Of a stretch of DNA of 35,140 nt, positions 8,516 to 18,300 are shown one piece after another. The notes beneath the pieces were generated by a model. That model saw only the letters and a program-made list of their open reading frames with translations. It was not told the DNA's origin and made no database searches. Made by a program: the position numbers and the translations under genes. The first letter of the stretch is position 1. The number at the start of each line of letters is the position of its first letter. Origin of the DNA: a virus (taxonomy: Duplodnaviria > Caudoviricetes); the IMG/VR virus record IMGVR_UViG_3300032373_000067, positions 1 to 35,140 of that record. One strand, written 5' to 3'.

Positions 8516-8710
8516 TTAATCATCTTTATATTCTATCTGTTTAAGTCTATTAAATACTGTGTTTATAATTTTTTGTGTTGAAAATGATTTGGTATTCCCT
8601 ACACCTATCAGTTTTACAGTTAAAATTATCTCTTCACTTTTAGAATTTGACAATCCTTGCACCTCTGTAGTTCTGTTTGTTTCTTGTACTGACTCTATTA
8701 AAAATTTCAT
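8516..8710 (-). CDS. Hypothetical protein (reverse-strand island; start moved to MKFLIES)
   Basis: The upstream part of the track ORF overlaps a separate ORF at 8715..8879. Confidence 0.55.
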   Translation of the reverse strand: MKFLIESVQETNRTTEVQGLSNSKSEEIILTVKLIGVGNTKSFSTQKIINTVFNRLKQIEYKDD

Positions 8711-8714
8711 ATTA

Positions 8715-8879
8715 TTATGTTTTATCAATTCTAAAATTATGCTTTTCATACCTATCTCGACCCATTCTCTTAAACTGATACCTAAGAGTGTGCCAGTTTA
8801 TACCTTCAGACCTTGATATTGACCTTAAAGTAGTGTGTGTGGTTCTTTTGTCTGTATCTTTGTTTTCAAATATGTACAT
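8715..8879 (-). CDS. Small basic protein, possible HTH (54 aa, MYIFENKD...TLRSISRSEGINWHTLRYQF)
   Basis: Translated by hand; fits between its neighbours. Confidence 0.55.
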   Translation of the reverse strand: MYIFENKDTDKRTTHTTLRSISRSEGINWHTLRYQFKRMGRDRYEKHNFRIDKT

Positions 8880-8893
8880 TAAAACTACACTAT

Positions 8894-9112
8894 TTAGAAT
8901 ACCCTCTTTGTGTTAGGTACTCGGTTAATTTTATATATGTATCCTAAAGCGAACTTTAGTACTTCTTCAATTGTTTCAAATCCACCTGAAGAAGTTAATT
9001 CAACATCGTTCTTTTCGATGTAAACATTATTGTTACCCTTTCCCCAGAATTGGAATGAAAAAGTGTATTTTTCTGAGTATTTTTCGATTTCGTCTAATAA
9101 TAGGTTTATCAT
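8894..9112 (-). CDS. Hypothetical protein
   Basis: 72 aa ORF in a tandem minus-strand operon. Confidence 0.7.
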   Translation of the reverse strand: MINLLLDEIEKYSEKYTFSFQFWGKGNNNVYIEKNDVELTSSGGFETIEEVLKFALGYIYKINRVPNTKRVF

Positions 9113-9124
9113 GATCTATACTAT

Positions 9125-9274
9125 TTATTTAACATATTTAAGTAAAAAATCAATAGTAGCTTCTGCTTGTTCATCAGAGCCATCTAATTCATTTTCAAAA
9201 TCTTCTGGATTATCGATTACTGTTTGATAGTACTTTTTCTGTGCTTCTATAAGCTGTTTTCTTGTGTATTTCAT
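9125..9274 (-). CDS. Small hypothetical protein (49 aa, MKYTRKQL...)
   Basis: Translated by hand; preceded on the minus strand by a TATATTAG promoter-like box. Confidence 0.6.
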   Translation of the reverse strand: MKYTRKQLIEAQKKYYQTVIDNPEDFENELDGSDEQAEATIDFLLKYVK

Positions 9275-9425
9275 ACTGCTAATATAATACTTTTATCGTA
9301 AAAACCCGTAAGAAGTGGTAAATATTTTAATTGTGGTGATTTCGACGTAATTAAACGATTATGCGTTTATATAAATAAATTCTATGATAATTGCATATTT
9401 TATAGAAAAAAGTTATATTTGAACT

Positions 9426-10106
9426 ATGGATGTAATTAATTTCAAACAGTTATCCTATGATATAAAGGATTTCGACGAGGCTAAAGGGATTGTTAAAGCA
9501 TACGCAAACGCTTATGATTTCAAAGATTCTGACGGTGATATAAGCGCAAAAGGTTCTTTTAATAAGACTGTTCATGAAAATTTCAAAAGAATTAGAGTTT
9601 TAAAAGATCATAACCCAACCGTTTCTTTGGGTGTTCCTTTGAGTTTAGATGCAAAGGATTCTTACGGGCTTTTAACGACGACTCAGTTTAATTTAAAGAA
9701 AGAAGTGAGTAGAGATATGTTTACAGATATCCAATTAATGAAGGATAACGGCTTAAACGCAGAACTTTCTATAGGTTATAACGTTCAGAAAAGAGATGAA
9801 AAAAATACAGCAATAATCACAGAATACAAACTTTACGAATATTCATTTTTAACAAGTTGGGCAGCAAATGAGTTGTCAACTGTTCAAGGTATAAAAGGGG
9901 TTAAATCAGTAACTGGAATTATTGAATTAATACAAAAATCATACGATTTAGATTACTCTGACGACAGGTTGATATTAATCGAAACAACATTAAAAGCACT
10001 TTCCAATAAAGAGCCGTTACAAAGTAACACTCCTAAAGAAGAGCCGCTTATTGAACAACAACAAAAAATAATAACAAATTTCACACAACAAATAAAATGG
10101 ATTTAA
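9426..10106 (+). CDS. Prohead protease (HK97 family)
   Basis: DSDGD, DH, LSIGY, LYEYS and AAN motifs; directly precedes the capsid gene. TATATTTG box at 9414. Confidence 0.9.
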   Translation: MDVINFKQLSYDIKDFDEAKGIVKAYANAYDFKDSDGDISAKGSFNKTVHENFKRIRVLKDHNPTVSLGVPLSLDAKDSYGLLTTTQFNLKKEVSRDMFTDIQLMKDNGLNAELSIGYNVQKRDEKNTAIITEYKLYEYSFLTSWAANELSTVQGIKGVKSVTGIIELIQKSYDLDYSDDRLILIETTLKALSNKEPLQSNTPKEEPLIEQQQKIITNFTQQIKWI

Positions 10107-11224
10107 AAGATCAATTAGAGGCTTTATCTAATGAGTTACAGGGAAAGTCTAAAGAACAAGCTGAGAACTTAATAAAAGCTTTCAAAGAAGAGAATAAGAC
10201 AGAGATTGAAAACCAAGTAAAAGAGGCAAAAGATGCTTTTAATTTGGAATTAAAAGGATTGCAAGAACATTTAGATAAGTTAGACATTAAGATTCAGGAA
10301 AAGCCTAAAAAAGAGGTAAAGCAAACACCTTATAGTCAATTAAGTAAACTTATCAAAGAGAATGGAGATGCGATTGTAAAAGTGTCTAAAGATAAAGCAG
10401 TTCAGATAAAAGCTGTTGCCGATATGACAACTGCTAATTTAACTGGAGATGAACCAAGGGATTATAACTATGATATTGTTATGTTCCCGTCTCAAAAAGT
10501 TAATATTGCTGACTTGGTAGGGAGTGTTAACATTTCTGGTGGTACTTACACATACACAAGAGAAACTACAAGTGAAGGGTCTATAGGCTCGCAAACTGAA
10601 GGAAGCTCTAAAAATCAGATTGATTACGATTTTACAACAGTAGATGTTACTACTGATTTCATTGCTGGTTTCGCCAGATATTCTAAGAAAATGAGAAATA
10701 ACCTTTCTTATATCACATCTTCAATTCCTAAGTTATTAAGAAGAGATTACTTTAAAGCAGAAAACGCTTCTTTTCAGGCTGTATTAGCAGCAGACGCTAC
10801 GGATTCTACTGAAATAATTACAGGAAAGTCTAAGGTTGATATGTTAATTAATGAGATTGGAAAACTAGAAGATGCTGATTATGTAGATAATACTTTGATT
10901 GTAGTTAAACCTACTGATTATTTAGATATTCTAAAAACAGCAAAACAAGACTTAGCTTCTGCGGTTACGTATGAAGGAGGTATTTTAAGAGTAGCTGGAG
11001 TACAAGTTTTAAAAGCATCAAGCTGGTTGCCTGCAAATAAGTATTATGTAGGGGACTGGAATAGAATAAATAAGATAAACACAGAGGGTCTATCTTTGGA
11101 GTTTTCAGAAGTTGAAGGAACTAACTTTGTTAAAAATAACATTACTGCAAGGATTGAGGCTCAAACAGCTTTAGCGGTTGAACAACCATTGGCTATTGTT
11201 TATGGTGATTTCACAGCAGTATAA
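10097..11224 (+). CDS. Major capsid protein (HK97 fold, coiled-coil delta domain)
   Basis: Charged helical N-terminus; EG..K, VGDW and F.KN.I.AR.E motifs; expected position. Confidence 0.92.
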   Translation: MDLKDQLEALSNELQGKSKEQAENLIKAFKEENKTEIENQVKEAKDAFNLELKGLQEHLDKLDIKIQEKPKKEVKQTPYSQLSKLIKENGDAIVKVSKDKAVQIKAVADMTTANLTGDEPRDYNYDIVMFPSQKVNIADLVGSVNISGGTYTYTRETTSEGSIGSQTEGSSKNQIDYDFTTVDVTTDFIAGFARYSKKMRNNLSYITSSIPKLLRRDYFKAENASFQAVLAADATDSTEIITGKSKVDMLINEIGKLEDADYVDNTLIVVKPTDYLDILKTAKQDLASAVTYEGGILRVAGVQVLKASSWLPANKYYVGDWNRINKINTEGLSLEFSEVEGTNFVKNNITARIEAQTALAVEQPLAIVYGDFTAV

Positions 11225-11247
11225 AAGTAAACAATAAATAAACAATT

Positions 11248-11276
11248 AGCCTTGCCAATTAAGGCAGGGCTTTTTT
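11248..11276 (+). terminator. Rho-independent terminator after the capsid gene
   Basis: GCCTTGCC-loop-GGCAGGGC followed by a T run. Confidence 0.8.
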
Positions 11277-11288
11277 AATTACACCAAT

Positions 11289-11462
11289 ATGATTATTCTA
11301 AAAAAAGAAATATTTAAACAAAGTGAGAAAAAGACTTATTATCCTAAAGAAAAAGTCAATTTCTCCAAAAAAGAGGAAAAAGATTTGGTAGATAATGGAT
11401 TTGCTGAATTTGTAAAAGAAAGAAAGACGAAAGAGAGTAAGGTTGATTTTAAAACAAAATAA
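11289..11462 (+). CDS. Small basic head-associated protein (57 aa)
   Basis: Translated by hand (MIILKKEIF...); TAATG coupling to the connector gene. Confidence 0.65.
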   Translation: MIILKKEIFKQSEKKTYYPKEKVNFSKKEEKDLVDNGFAEFVKERKTKESKVDFKTK

Positions 11463-11917
11463 TGTCATATCTAACAATCATATCACTAGAAGACGCTAAG
11501 ACGTATTTAAGAATAGACGATACTTTAACTGAAGACGATGCCAACATTACAAGGATGATAAAATCCGCATTGAGTCAAGTAGAATTATTGACAAATCATA
11601 TTTTGTTTGCTAGAGCAAAGGATTATTTATTTGTTGATTGTAAAGTTAGCGTTTATGATTTTCCTATAAACAGCGTAACAGCACCTACAGAAGACTTAAC
11701 AACGGTAAAAAAGACTCTTTATAACACATACTCAACAAGCGATTCAACACAAGAAACATTGACTTTAAATGTAGGGTATTCAGATGTTTCTGACATTCCT
11801 TTCGAACTTGTCGAAGTGGGTTATGAAATGATTGATATTATGTACTACGCAAAGGAGAATAAGCTATCTATGATGAGTAAAAATACAATTGATAACTATA
11901 GAAGATTTATTATATAA
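11462..11917 (+). CDS. Head-tail connector (HK97 gp6 / SPP1 gp15-like)
   Basis: ISLEDAKTYLRID...DD..I motif. Confidence 0.85.
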   Translation: MSYLTIISLEDAKTYLRIDDTLTEDDANITRMIKSALSQVELLTNHILFARAKDYLFVDCKVSVYDFPINSVTAPTEDLTTVKKTLYNTYSTSDSTQETLTLNVGYSDVSDIPFELVEVGYEMIDIMYYAKENKLSMMSKNTIDNYRRFII

Positions 11918-12105
11918 TGTTAAGAAAAATTAAAGTATTTATTTTTAGATGGCTATTAACGGAAAGTGAAAAGTGCTTATTAAATCAAGCTCTTAATCTT
12001 CAATATGAAAGTATTAGAAAAGACTGTATTTCTCCTGACTATAAGGCTGATTTACAAGAAATATACGATTTACTAGAGATGTGTAAGAATAAACTATGGT
12101 ATTAA
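11917..12105 (+). CDS. Hypothetical protein inserted in the neck module
   Basis: 62 aa ORF, translationally coupled to the previous gene. Confidence 0.55.
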   Translation: MLRKIKVFIFRWLLTESEKCLLNQALNLQYESIRKDCISPDYKADLQEIYDLLEMCKNKLWY

Positions 12106-12108
12106 ATA

Positions 12109-12486
12109 ATGTTAAGTAGAAAACTATCTAAGCGTGTTGAATTATGGCAAACTACTAATGTTTCTGATGGATTCGGAGGGAATACTGTTAATGAAACTTT
12201 AATAACTAGTTCATGGGCAAGTGTTAAAACTATGGGGGTAAATAGTAGATATTCTAAAATAAACTCTTCTGAAGGCGTTGGGTCATCTTCTAATGGGATA
12301 GTTATCCAAACTCGTAGAAGGAATGATATTACAATTAATAATATAAATCAATTCATAAAATACGCAGGCGTAAAATACACAATACAATCCATGCCTATTG
12401 ATGTAGATTTTAAACACAATTTAATAGAGTTTATAGCTGTTAGGCAAGAGTTAAAACAAGTTACAGAAATAAGCCCTATAGTGTAA
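12109..12486 (+). CDS. Head closure / head-tail adaptor (SPP1 gp16-like)
   Basis: RV.L....DGFGG......WASV and Y.I motifs. Confidence 0.8.
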   Translation: MLSRKLSKRVELWQTTNVSDGFGGNTVNETLITSSWASVKTMGVNSRYSKINSSEGVGSSSNGIVIQTRRRNDITINNINQFIKYAGVKYTIQSMPIDVDFKHNLIEFIAVRQELKQVTEISPIV

Positions 12487-13013
12487 TGGCTGACAAGACA
12501 TTAAAAGGATTAACAAAAACACTAAGAGCTCTTGAAAAGTTTGGAATAGAAGCGGATAAAGGAGTGGATGCAATTGCTGAAGCAACGGCAAATGATATTG
12601 GAGCAGATGCAAAAACAAACGCGCCTAAAAACTTAGGTAAGTTAGCACAATCCATCTCTTCTCCTGCAATAAAATTAAGCGATTCTAATTATAAAGTATC
12701 TGTAACGGCTAATTATGCAGGTTACGTAGAATTTGGAACGGGAGCAAAAGTAAGTATTCCAGCAGAAATGCAAGAATTAGCAAGTAGATTGAGGGGTGAA
12801 AAAGGAACATTTGAAGAGGGTTTACAATCTATTAGGGATTGGTGTAGAAGTAGAGGGATAGAATTAAGCGCGGCTTATCCTATTTTTATAAGCATCCTAA
12901 AGAAAGGAATTGAGCCACAGCCTTTTTTATATCCTGCTTTTCTAAAAGGTAGAAAGAACTATCTAAAAGACTTGAATAGGTTTTTAAACGATTTAACAAA
13001 AAAATATGAATAA
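12486..13013 (+). CDS. HK97 gp10-like neck/tail completion protein
   Basis: YAGYVEFGTG and PQPFLYPAF motifs. Confidence 0.85.
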   Translation: MADKTLKGLTKTLRALEKFGIEADKGVDAIAEATANDIGADAKTNAPKNLGKLAQSISSPAIKLSDSNYKVSVTANYAGYVEFGTGAKVSIPAEMQELASRLRGEKGTFEEGLQSIRDWCRSRGIELSAAYPIFISILKKGIEPQPFLYPAFLKGRKNYLKDLNRFLNDLTKKYE

Positions 13014-13440
13014 AAGTTTGCCAGATAGATGGATAAGAAAAGCAATTTACGATTTAGTTAATGGAATAACTGTAGATGGAAATACTATAAATTGCTTTGA
13101 TACAAGGGTAACAGGAAATGTTAAGCCAGATCATTACATATTAATGTCTACTCAATCAAACGAGGTGTTAGATGTAAATAAATGTGAAAAACAATGGCAA
13201 AGCTATATTTTATTAGATGTGGTTACCACTTATTTAGCCCCAGGAAACACAGGAAGTAGGTTGTTGGCAGATAATATAATGGATCAGGTCAGAGCTTTGA
13301 CCGACAATTTAACTATAGATGTAGCAAGTGGAATGTATGTGCATAGAATGGAGCAAAGTTTTCCTAATGACATAACAACGAAAACACCTAATCAAAACAT
13401 ATTCAGAAAGTTAATGAGAATAGAATTAGTTATAAATTAA
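13006..13440 (+). CDS. Tail terminator-like protein
   Basis: Position before the major tail gene; size 144 aa. Confidence 0.6.
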   Translation: MNKSLPDRWIRKAIYDLVNGITVDGNTINCFDTRVTGNVKPDHYILMSTQSNEVLDVNKCEKQWQSYILLDVVTTYLAPGNTGSRLLADNIMDQVRALTDNLTIDVASGMYVHRMEQSFPNDITTKTPNQNIFRKLMRIELVIN

Positions 13441-13506
13441 ATCTATGAAAATTACTGAATTAATAAATTTTGATTATATTTGATGTATAAACATAAATTA
13501 TAAAAG

Positions 13507-13944
13507 ATGGCTGAATTAATAAATGGTTCTGTCGAGATATTGGAATTATGGGATGGCGCAGCATACGAGCCAATCGCTTGTTTAAATTCCAACGGCATTA
13601 ACGAACAAAGGGAAGTTATAGAATCAACAACTAAATGTGATCCAGATGAAGTAAAGAGGTCAAATGCAGCATATTCTTATGAGATGTCTTTTGAAGGTGA
13701 ATTTGCAAAGACAGAAGCAGGTAAACAATCTTGGGTTGAGTTAAAAGAAAGAATACGATCTACAACGGATTCTGTGGTTACTTGGAGGGTTACAACAACA
13801 TACATTGACGACTCTACTACTGTTGAGTATGGTTCTGGTATTTTGACGAGTCTTGAAAAAACAGCAGAAACAAATGCAAATATTACTTTTTCAGGAACTA
13901 TCTCTGGAAACGGAAAACCAACAAATACAGATCCTAATGCGTAA
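13507..13944 (+). CDS. Major tail tube protein
   Basis: IAC.......E.IESTTKCD, SFEGE and TFSGTISGNG pattern; TATATTTG box at 13475. Confidence 0.8.
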   Translation: MAELINGSVEILELWDGAAYEPIACLNSNGINEQREVIESTTKCDPDEVKRSNAAYSYEMSFEGEFAKTEAGKQSWVELKERIRSTTDSVVTWRVTTTYIDDSTTVEYGSGILTSLEKTAETNANITFSGTISGNGKPTNTDPNA

Positions 13945-14327
13945 TGAATAGCAGTATAAAATTAGACTTCAACGGCAAAGAAATACCATTTCATTATGGG
14001 CTTTCTTTTTTAGGGTTCTTATTTAAAGAAAAAGGGATTGATGTTTCCGATATTCATACTAAAATAACCACGGTTGAATCATTTTCTTTTTTACCTGAAT
14101 TGATTTTTTGGAGTCATTGTCATTGGTGTGAAAGAAATGCAAAAGATGTTGAAATAACTCTTTTTGATATTAACGATTTTATAGAATTATCAGGGCATTA
14201 TAAAAGCGGAAGTCCAGCATCTAAATTCACAGAACTATTCTTGCAGTCTATATTAAGCACGATTCCTGATACAGAAGAGGTAGGTGATAGCAAAAAAAAA
14301 GAATCGAAAACTGGGACGTTGAAATAA
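13944..14327 (+). CDS. Tail assembly chaperone (lambda gpG-like)
   Basis: Lies between the tail tube and tape measure genes; A9 slippery run near its end. Confidence 0.75.
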   Translation: MNSSIKLDFNGKEIPFHYGLSFLGFLFKEKGIDVSDIHTKITTVESFSFLPELIFWSHCHWCERNAKDVEITLFDINDFIELSGHYKSGSPASKFTELFLQSILSTIPDTEEVGDSKKKESKTGTLK

Positions 14328-14614
14328 TATCTTTAGTCATTGGTGAGTTTGGGTGCAGCTATAAAGATTACTGTAACATGACTTGGGTTGAATTTCAATT
14401 AAGATTACTTTCTTTTAATAGAGTTCAAGAAAAAGAATGGAATAAGGTTCGCTACTTATCCACATGGATAATAAAATCAGGGTTTCTATCGGCACAAGAT
14501 AAAAAGAGAGAATTGAATGGTATTGTTAATCAACAAAGAAACGGAGGTCTTTCGCAACATCAGAAATCAATACTTTTAAAAGCTCAGGAAAGACACAATA
14601 AAACAAAAAAGTAA
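14291..14614 (+). CDS. -1 frameshift extension of the tail chaperone (gpT-like)
   Basis: The -1 frame is open from the A run (RIENWDVEIISLVIGEFG...MTWVEF) to TAA 14614. Confidence 0.75.
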   Translation, partial: QKKRIENWDVEIISLVIGEFGCSYKDYCNMTWVEFQLRLLSFNRVQEKEWNKVRYLSTWIIKSGFLSAQDKKRELNGIVNQQRNGGLSQHQKSILLKAQERHNKTKK

Positions 14615-16350
14615 TGCCAGAGTTATCAGTAGAAATCACAGGAAAAGCTGACAAGCTAGAAAAAGCCCTTAACAACTCAAAGAAAGGGTTAAAGTCATTT
14701 GAAAAAGACACTAATAATTTTCAAAAGAATTTTAATAAAAGCACTACTTCTGCAACAAAAAACGTCAAAGGGTTTCAAAAAGGAGTTGGTGACGGTCAAT
14801 CTGCAATGACATCATTTAGTAGGGTGATTCAGGATGCACCTTACGGGATAAATGGTGTTGCTAATAATATTACTAATTTAACAGAACAATTTGGTTATTT
14901 AAAAAACAGAACAGGAAGCACTTCAGGAGCTTTAAGAGCAATGCTTAAAAATTTACGTGGTTTTGGAGGTGTAACTTTTGGAATATCTTTAGCCACTTCT
15001 TTGATAGTGGCTTTTGGAGATAAAATAGGAGGTGCTGCAAAAAAAACAAATAATTTTGTTAAAGCTGTTGGAGAAGCTTCTACAGGGGCGGTTGTTAAGT
15101 TTAAGGTATTAACCGACACATTATTAGATGTCACAGCATCAGAAAGGGATCAAGCACAAGCTATAAAGATGTTAAAAAAGGAGTTTTCAGATTTTGATAC
15201 TTCTTTACTAACAAACAAAACAAGTTACGAAAAAGCTAAAATAGCTGTTGATAATTACACGGCTTCTTTAATTAGTCAAGCTAGGTCACAGGCTGCTTTA
15301 GGATTAATAGAGGAAAAGCAATCTAAAATATTAGAGTTAGAAGAAAAAAGAATGATGGCTATTCGTAATTCTTTTGGATCTGCAACGATTAAACAGTTTG
15401 AGGAAAGAAGATCAAAACTATTACAGAACGCAGAGAGACAAGCAGGTGATTTAAGCAGGTTAGGAGACAAAGAGCGTCAAATAAGAGAACAACAACTTCA
15501 AAAAAACATTGATTTAATCAATACTAGATTCGATGCTGTCAAAAGCATGGGAGCTAAAGAAATAGACGAGTTAGAAACTCAAATTAAAATACTTTCTAAT
15601 TTAGCAAAAGTCAGAGATAAAATACTATTTGGTAAAGTTGTTAATGATAGGAATAGGGTTGAAAAATCTTCTTTTTTAGAGTCAGTCGGTATACCGAAAG
15701 ATTGGAAAGAGCAAGTTATGGGTGTTTCTGAGTATTTAAAAGATAACCCTATTAAATCTCCTGAGATAGATTTTACACCTGCTTTAACTTCATTATCATT
15801 ATTAGAGTTAAGACTTTTAGAATTTAGTGCAAGATCAAACCAAATAATACAAGGTTCTATCATTCAAACCTTTAACCAATTAGGGCAGGGTATAGGAAAT
15901 GCCTTAGCTAATGGAGGAAATATACTTGAATCTATTGGATTGTCATTGCTTAATAGTATGGGGCAATTTCTTTCCAAAATGGGAGGGTTGTTGATTCAAT
16001 ACGGAATAATGGCTAAACTAAAGGGGAAGTTAGATTTAGCGATAGCTAAAGGAGGTGCTTTTGCTATTGTAGCAGGAACCGCGGCTATTGCAGCAGGTAT
16101 CGCTTTAAAAGCGATAGGAGGCGCAATAAGTAGAGGTGCAACAGGTGGGTTTGCGTCTTCGGGTGGTGGTGTAAACTCAAGTGCCTCTACTTATAGCTCT
16201 TCATCTAGTGGATCTTTTTCAGGGGGTGATTCTGGAACGGGGTTGCAAAATATTGTCTTTGAAATACAGGGAACAAAACTAATAGGGGTATTAAACAATA
16301 CTTTACAAAGAAATAGCGCTTTAGGCGGTACTTTAACAATAGGTGGGTAA
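14614..16350 (+). CDS. Tape measure protein
   Basis: 578 aa, Ala/Gly-rich and helical, QDAPYG motif, follows the chaperones. Confidence 0.85.
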   Translation: MPELSVEITGKADKLEKALNNSKKGLKSFEKDTNNFQKNFNKSTTSATKNVKGFQKGVGDGQSAMTSFSRVIQDAPYGINGVANNITNLTEQFGYLKNRTGSTSGALRAMLKNLRGFGGVTFGISLATSLIVAFGDKIGGAAKKTNNFVKAVGEASTGAVVKFKVLTDTLLDVTASERDQAQAIKMLKKEFSDFDTSLLTNKTSYEKAKIAVDNYTASLISQARSQAALGLIEEKQSKILELEEKRMMAIRNSFGSATIKQFEERRSKLLQNAERQAGDLSRLGDKERQIREQQLQKNIDLINTRFDAVKSMGAKEIDELETQIKILSNLAKVRDKILFGKVVNDRNRVEKSSFLESVGIPKDWKEQVMGVSEYLKDNPIKSPEIDFTPALTSLSLLELRLLEFSARSNQIIQGSIIQTFNQLGQGIGNALANGGNILESIGLSLLNSMGQFLSKMGGLLIQYGIMAKLKGKLDLAIAKGGAFAIVAGTAAIAAGIALKAIGGAISRGATGGFASSGGGVNSSASTYSSSSSGSFSGGDSGTGLQNIVFEIQGTKLIGVLNNTLQRNSALGGTLTIGG

Positions 16351-18260
16351 TGGCATTAAAATATTACTTTGAATTTATAGACGTTGAAGAGGTTCTTCAT
16401 AGGTGTGAGATATATAGTGATGATTTTGTAGGTGATTCTACAGAGGTAAATGGTAGCTTGTCGCTAAATAAGGCAAAATCAGATGATATACTTGATAGTA
16501 TTCGTGGAGGTGGATTGATAGTTTTATTAGACGCAAATAGCGATTTAACATTCGACGACTTATACAGTGAAGAAGAGCGTTCTTTTTCAGTCAAATATAT
16601 TCGTGATAGTGAAGAGTTGTTTTACGGATGGTTAAGCCCTGAAGGATTATTTGAAGACTTTGTTCAAGATAAATGGCAAATATCATTGAATTGTACAGAT
16701 GGCATAGGATTCCTTAAAAATTTATCTTATGTAACAAATGAAGGGTTAAACTTTATAGGAAAACAAAGCGGTTTAGAAATAATAGTAAACTGTTTAAAAA
16801 GAACAGGCTTAGAGCAGGATATTTACACGTCAACAAATATAATTTACGAAGGATTAAGTACAAGTGTAAATCCGTTAGCAAACGTTTACTTTAATTCTGA
16901 TCGATTTATTAAAGATGATGGCGACACTATAATGAATTGCGATGAAGTATTGCGTAGTGTGTTAGAAAACTTTAGTATGTGTATTACTCAAAGACAAGGG
17001 GCGTGGTATTTGTATTCTCCAAATCATATGTATAACATTATAGCAACACAGGTTTTTTACGCTTATGATTATAATGGCGATGCTTTGAGTCCAACTACAG
17101 TAACAATAGATTTTAATCAAGATTTAGGTAGTCAAATTAATGGTTTTTATCCGTATCATTCAGGATCAAATCAACAAATAAGCACAAAAAGTTCTTTAGG
17201 TGCATATCGCATTAACTACAAATACGGGCTTGTTAAAAGATTTATAAGTAATAACTTTATTATTAGCAATAGCGATACTGATATACCAGATTATACGATA
17301 ACAGATGATACTTATTTATCGTTTCCAACAGATAGAATAGGGGTTTATGTTGAAACTACTGGATCATCTTCAGAGGTGTTGAAAATAAGTGATACAATTT
17401 CTTTATCAGAAAGCTCCAGAGTAAAAATAAAGTTTACTACTTTAGGGATAGGTGTTTTTGCGTCTGCTCAGTATTACGGGGCTGTCTTTGAGGTTAAATT
17501 AATAGGTGTTTCTAATACTTATTATTTAAAACTAAAGGATTTGATAAGCGGAGATTTTACTCAAAATAGGGTTTTTTCTGCTTCATGGGAAACTTCATAT
17601 AATACCTTAACATCTGGTTCTTTTGTTAGTGGTGGAGAGCTTTTTGAAGACAGACCTACTTACGAGTCAGAAGATTTACCAGAAGATGGTGATGTAGAGG
17701 TAAGAATTTTAACATCAATTATCGGATCGGGTGCGCCTGGAGGTACACCGAACGGAAACGTGTATATTAAAGAACTTAGTTTTTCACCAATAATAAATGA
17801 AGGTAATTTAAAAGGCGAAAACCATACTTTTCAAAGAACAAACAAGCCTAGTTCTAAAATTAAAAATGTTAAAACGGTTTACACAGGAGACAATACAAGT
17901 GACATTTACGAAGGGGCTATTTACAAATCAGACGAAACAACAACAACACAGAACTGGCTTAGAATAGGATATTCGGAAAGTAAACCATTACTTAGAATAA
18001 TGGGGGAAAATAAAATGCGAATGAATTCAAGACCATTAAAAGAGTTTAAAGGCTCTGTTTATGGGTATTTTCCGTACTTGAGTGTCGTAACTATAGATAA
18101 CATATCAGGATTATTTATGTGTACTGAATATGTATACAACGCTTTAGAGAATAAAGTAGATGTTACATTTAAAGAGACATTAAACCTAGAATTATCAGAT
18201 GTCAGTTATCAATTGGATTTAGATTACGGAAATGTAGTTGAACCTACAATAAGGGGTTAA
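16350..18260 (+). CDS. Tail tip / baseplate structural protein
   Basis: Coupled to the tape measure gene; acidic and beta-rich, 636 aa. Confidence 0.65.
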   Translation: MALKYYFEFIDVEEVLHRCEIYSDDFVGDSTEVNGSLSLNKAKSDDILDSIRGGGLIVLLDANSDLTFDDLYSEEERSFSVKYIRDSEELFYGWLSPEGLFEDFVQDKWQISLNCTDGIGFLKNLSYVTNEGLNFIGKQSGLEIIVNCLKRTGLEQDIYTSTNIIYEGLSTSVNPLANVYFNSDRFIKDDGDTIMNCDEVLRSVLENFSMCITQRQGAWYLYSPNHMYNIIATQVFYAYDYNGDALSPTTVTIDFNQDLGSQINGFYPYHSGSNQQISTKSSLGAYRINYKYGLVKRFISNNFIISNSDTDIPDYTITDDTYLSFPTDRIGVYVETTGSSSEVLKISDTISLSESSRVKIKFTTLGIGVFASAQYYGAVFEVKLIGVSNTYYLKLKDLISGDFTQNRVFSASWETSYNTLTSGSFVSGGELFEDRPTYESEDLPEDGDVEVRILTSIIGSGAPGGTPNGNVYIKELSFSPIINEGNLKGENHTFQRTNKPSSKIKNVKTVYTGDNTSDIYEGAIYKSDETTTTQNWLRIGYSESKPLLRIMGENKMRMNSRPLKEFKGSVYGYFPYLSVVTIDNISGLFMCTEYVYNALENKVDVTFKETLNLELSDVSYQLDLDYGNVVEPTIRG

Positions 18261-18300
18261 TTGCAGTATTTTATAATAGATAATATCTATCTTTACACTT

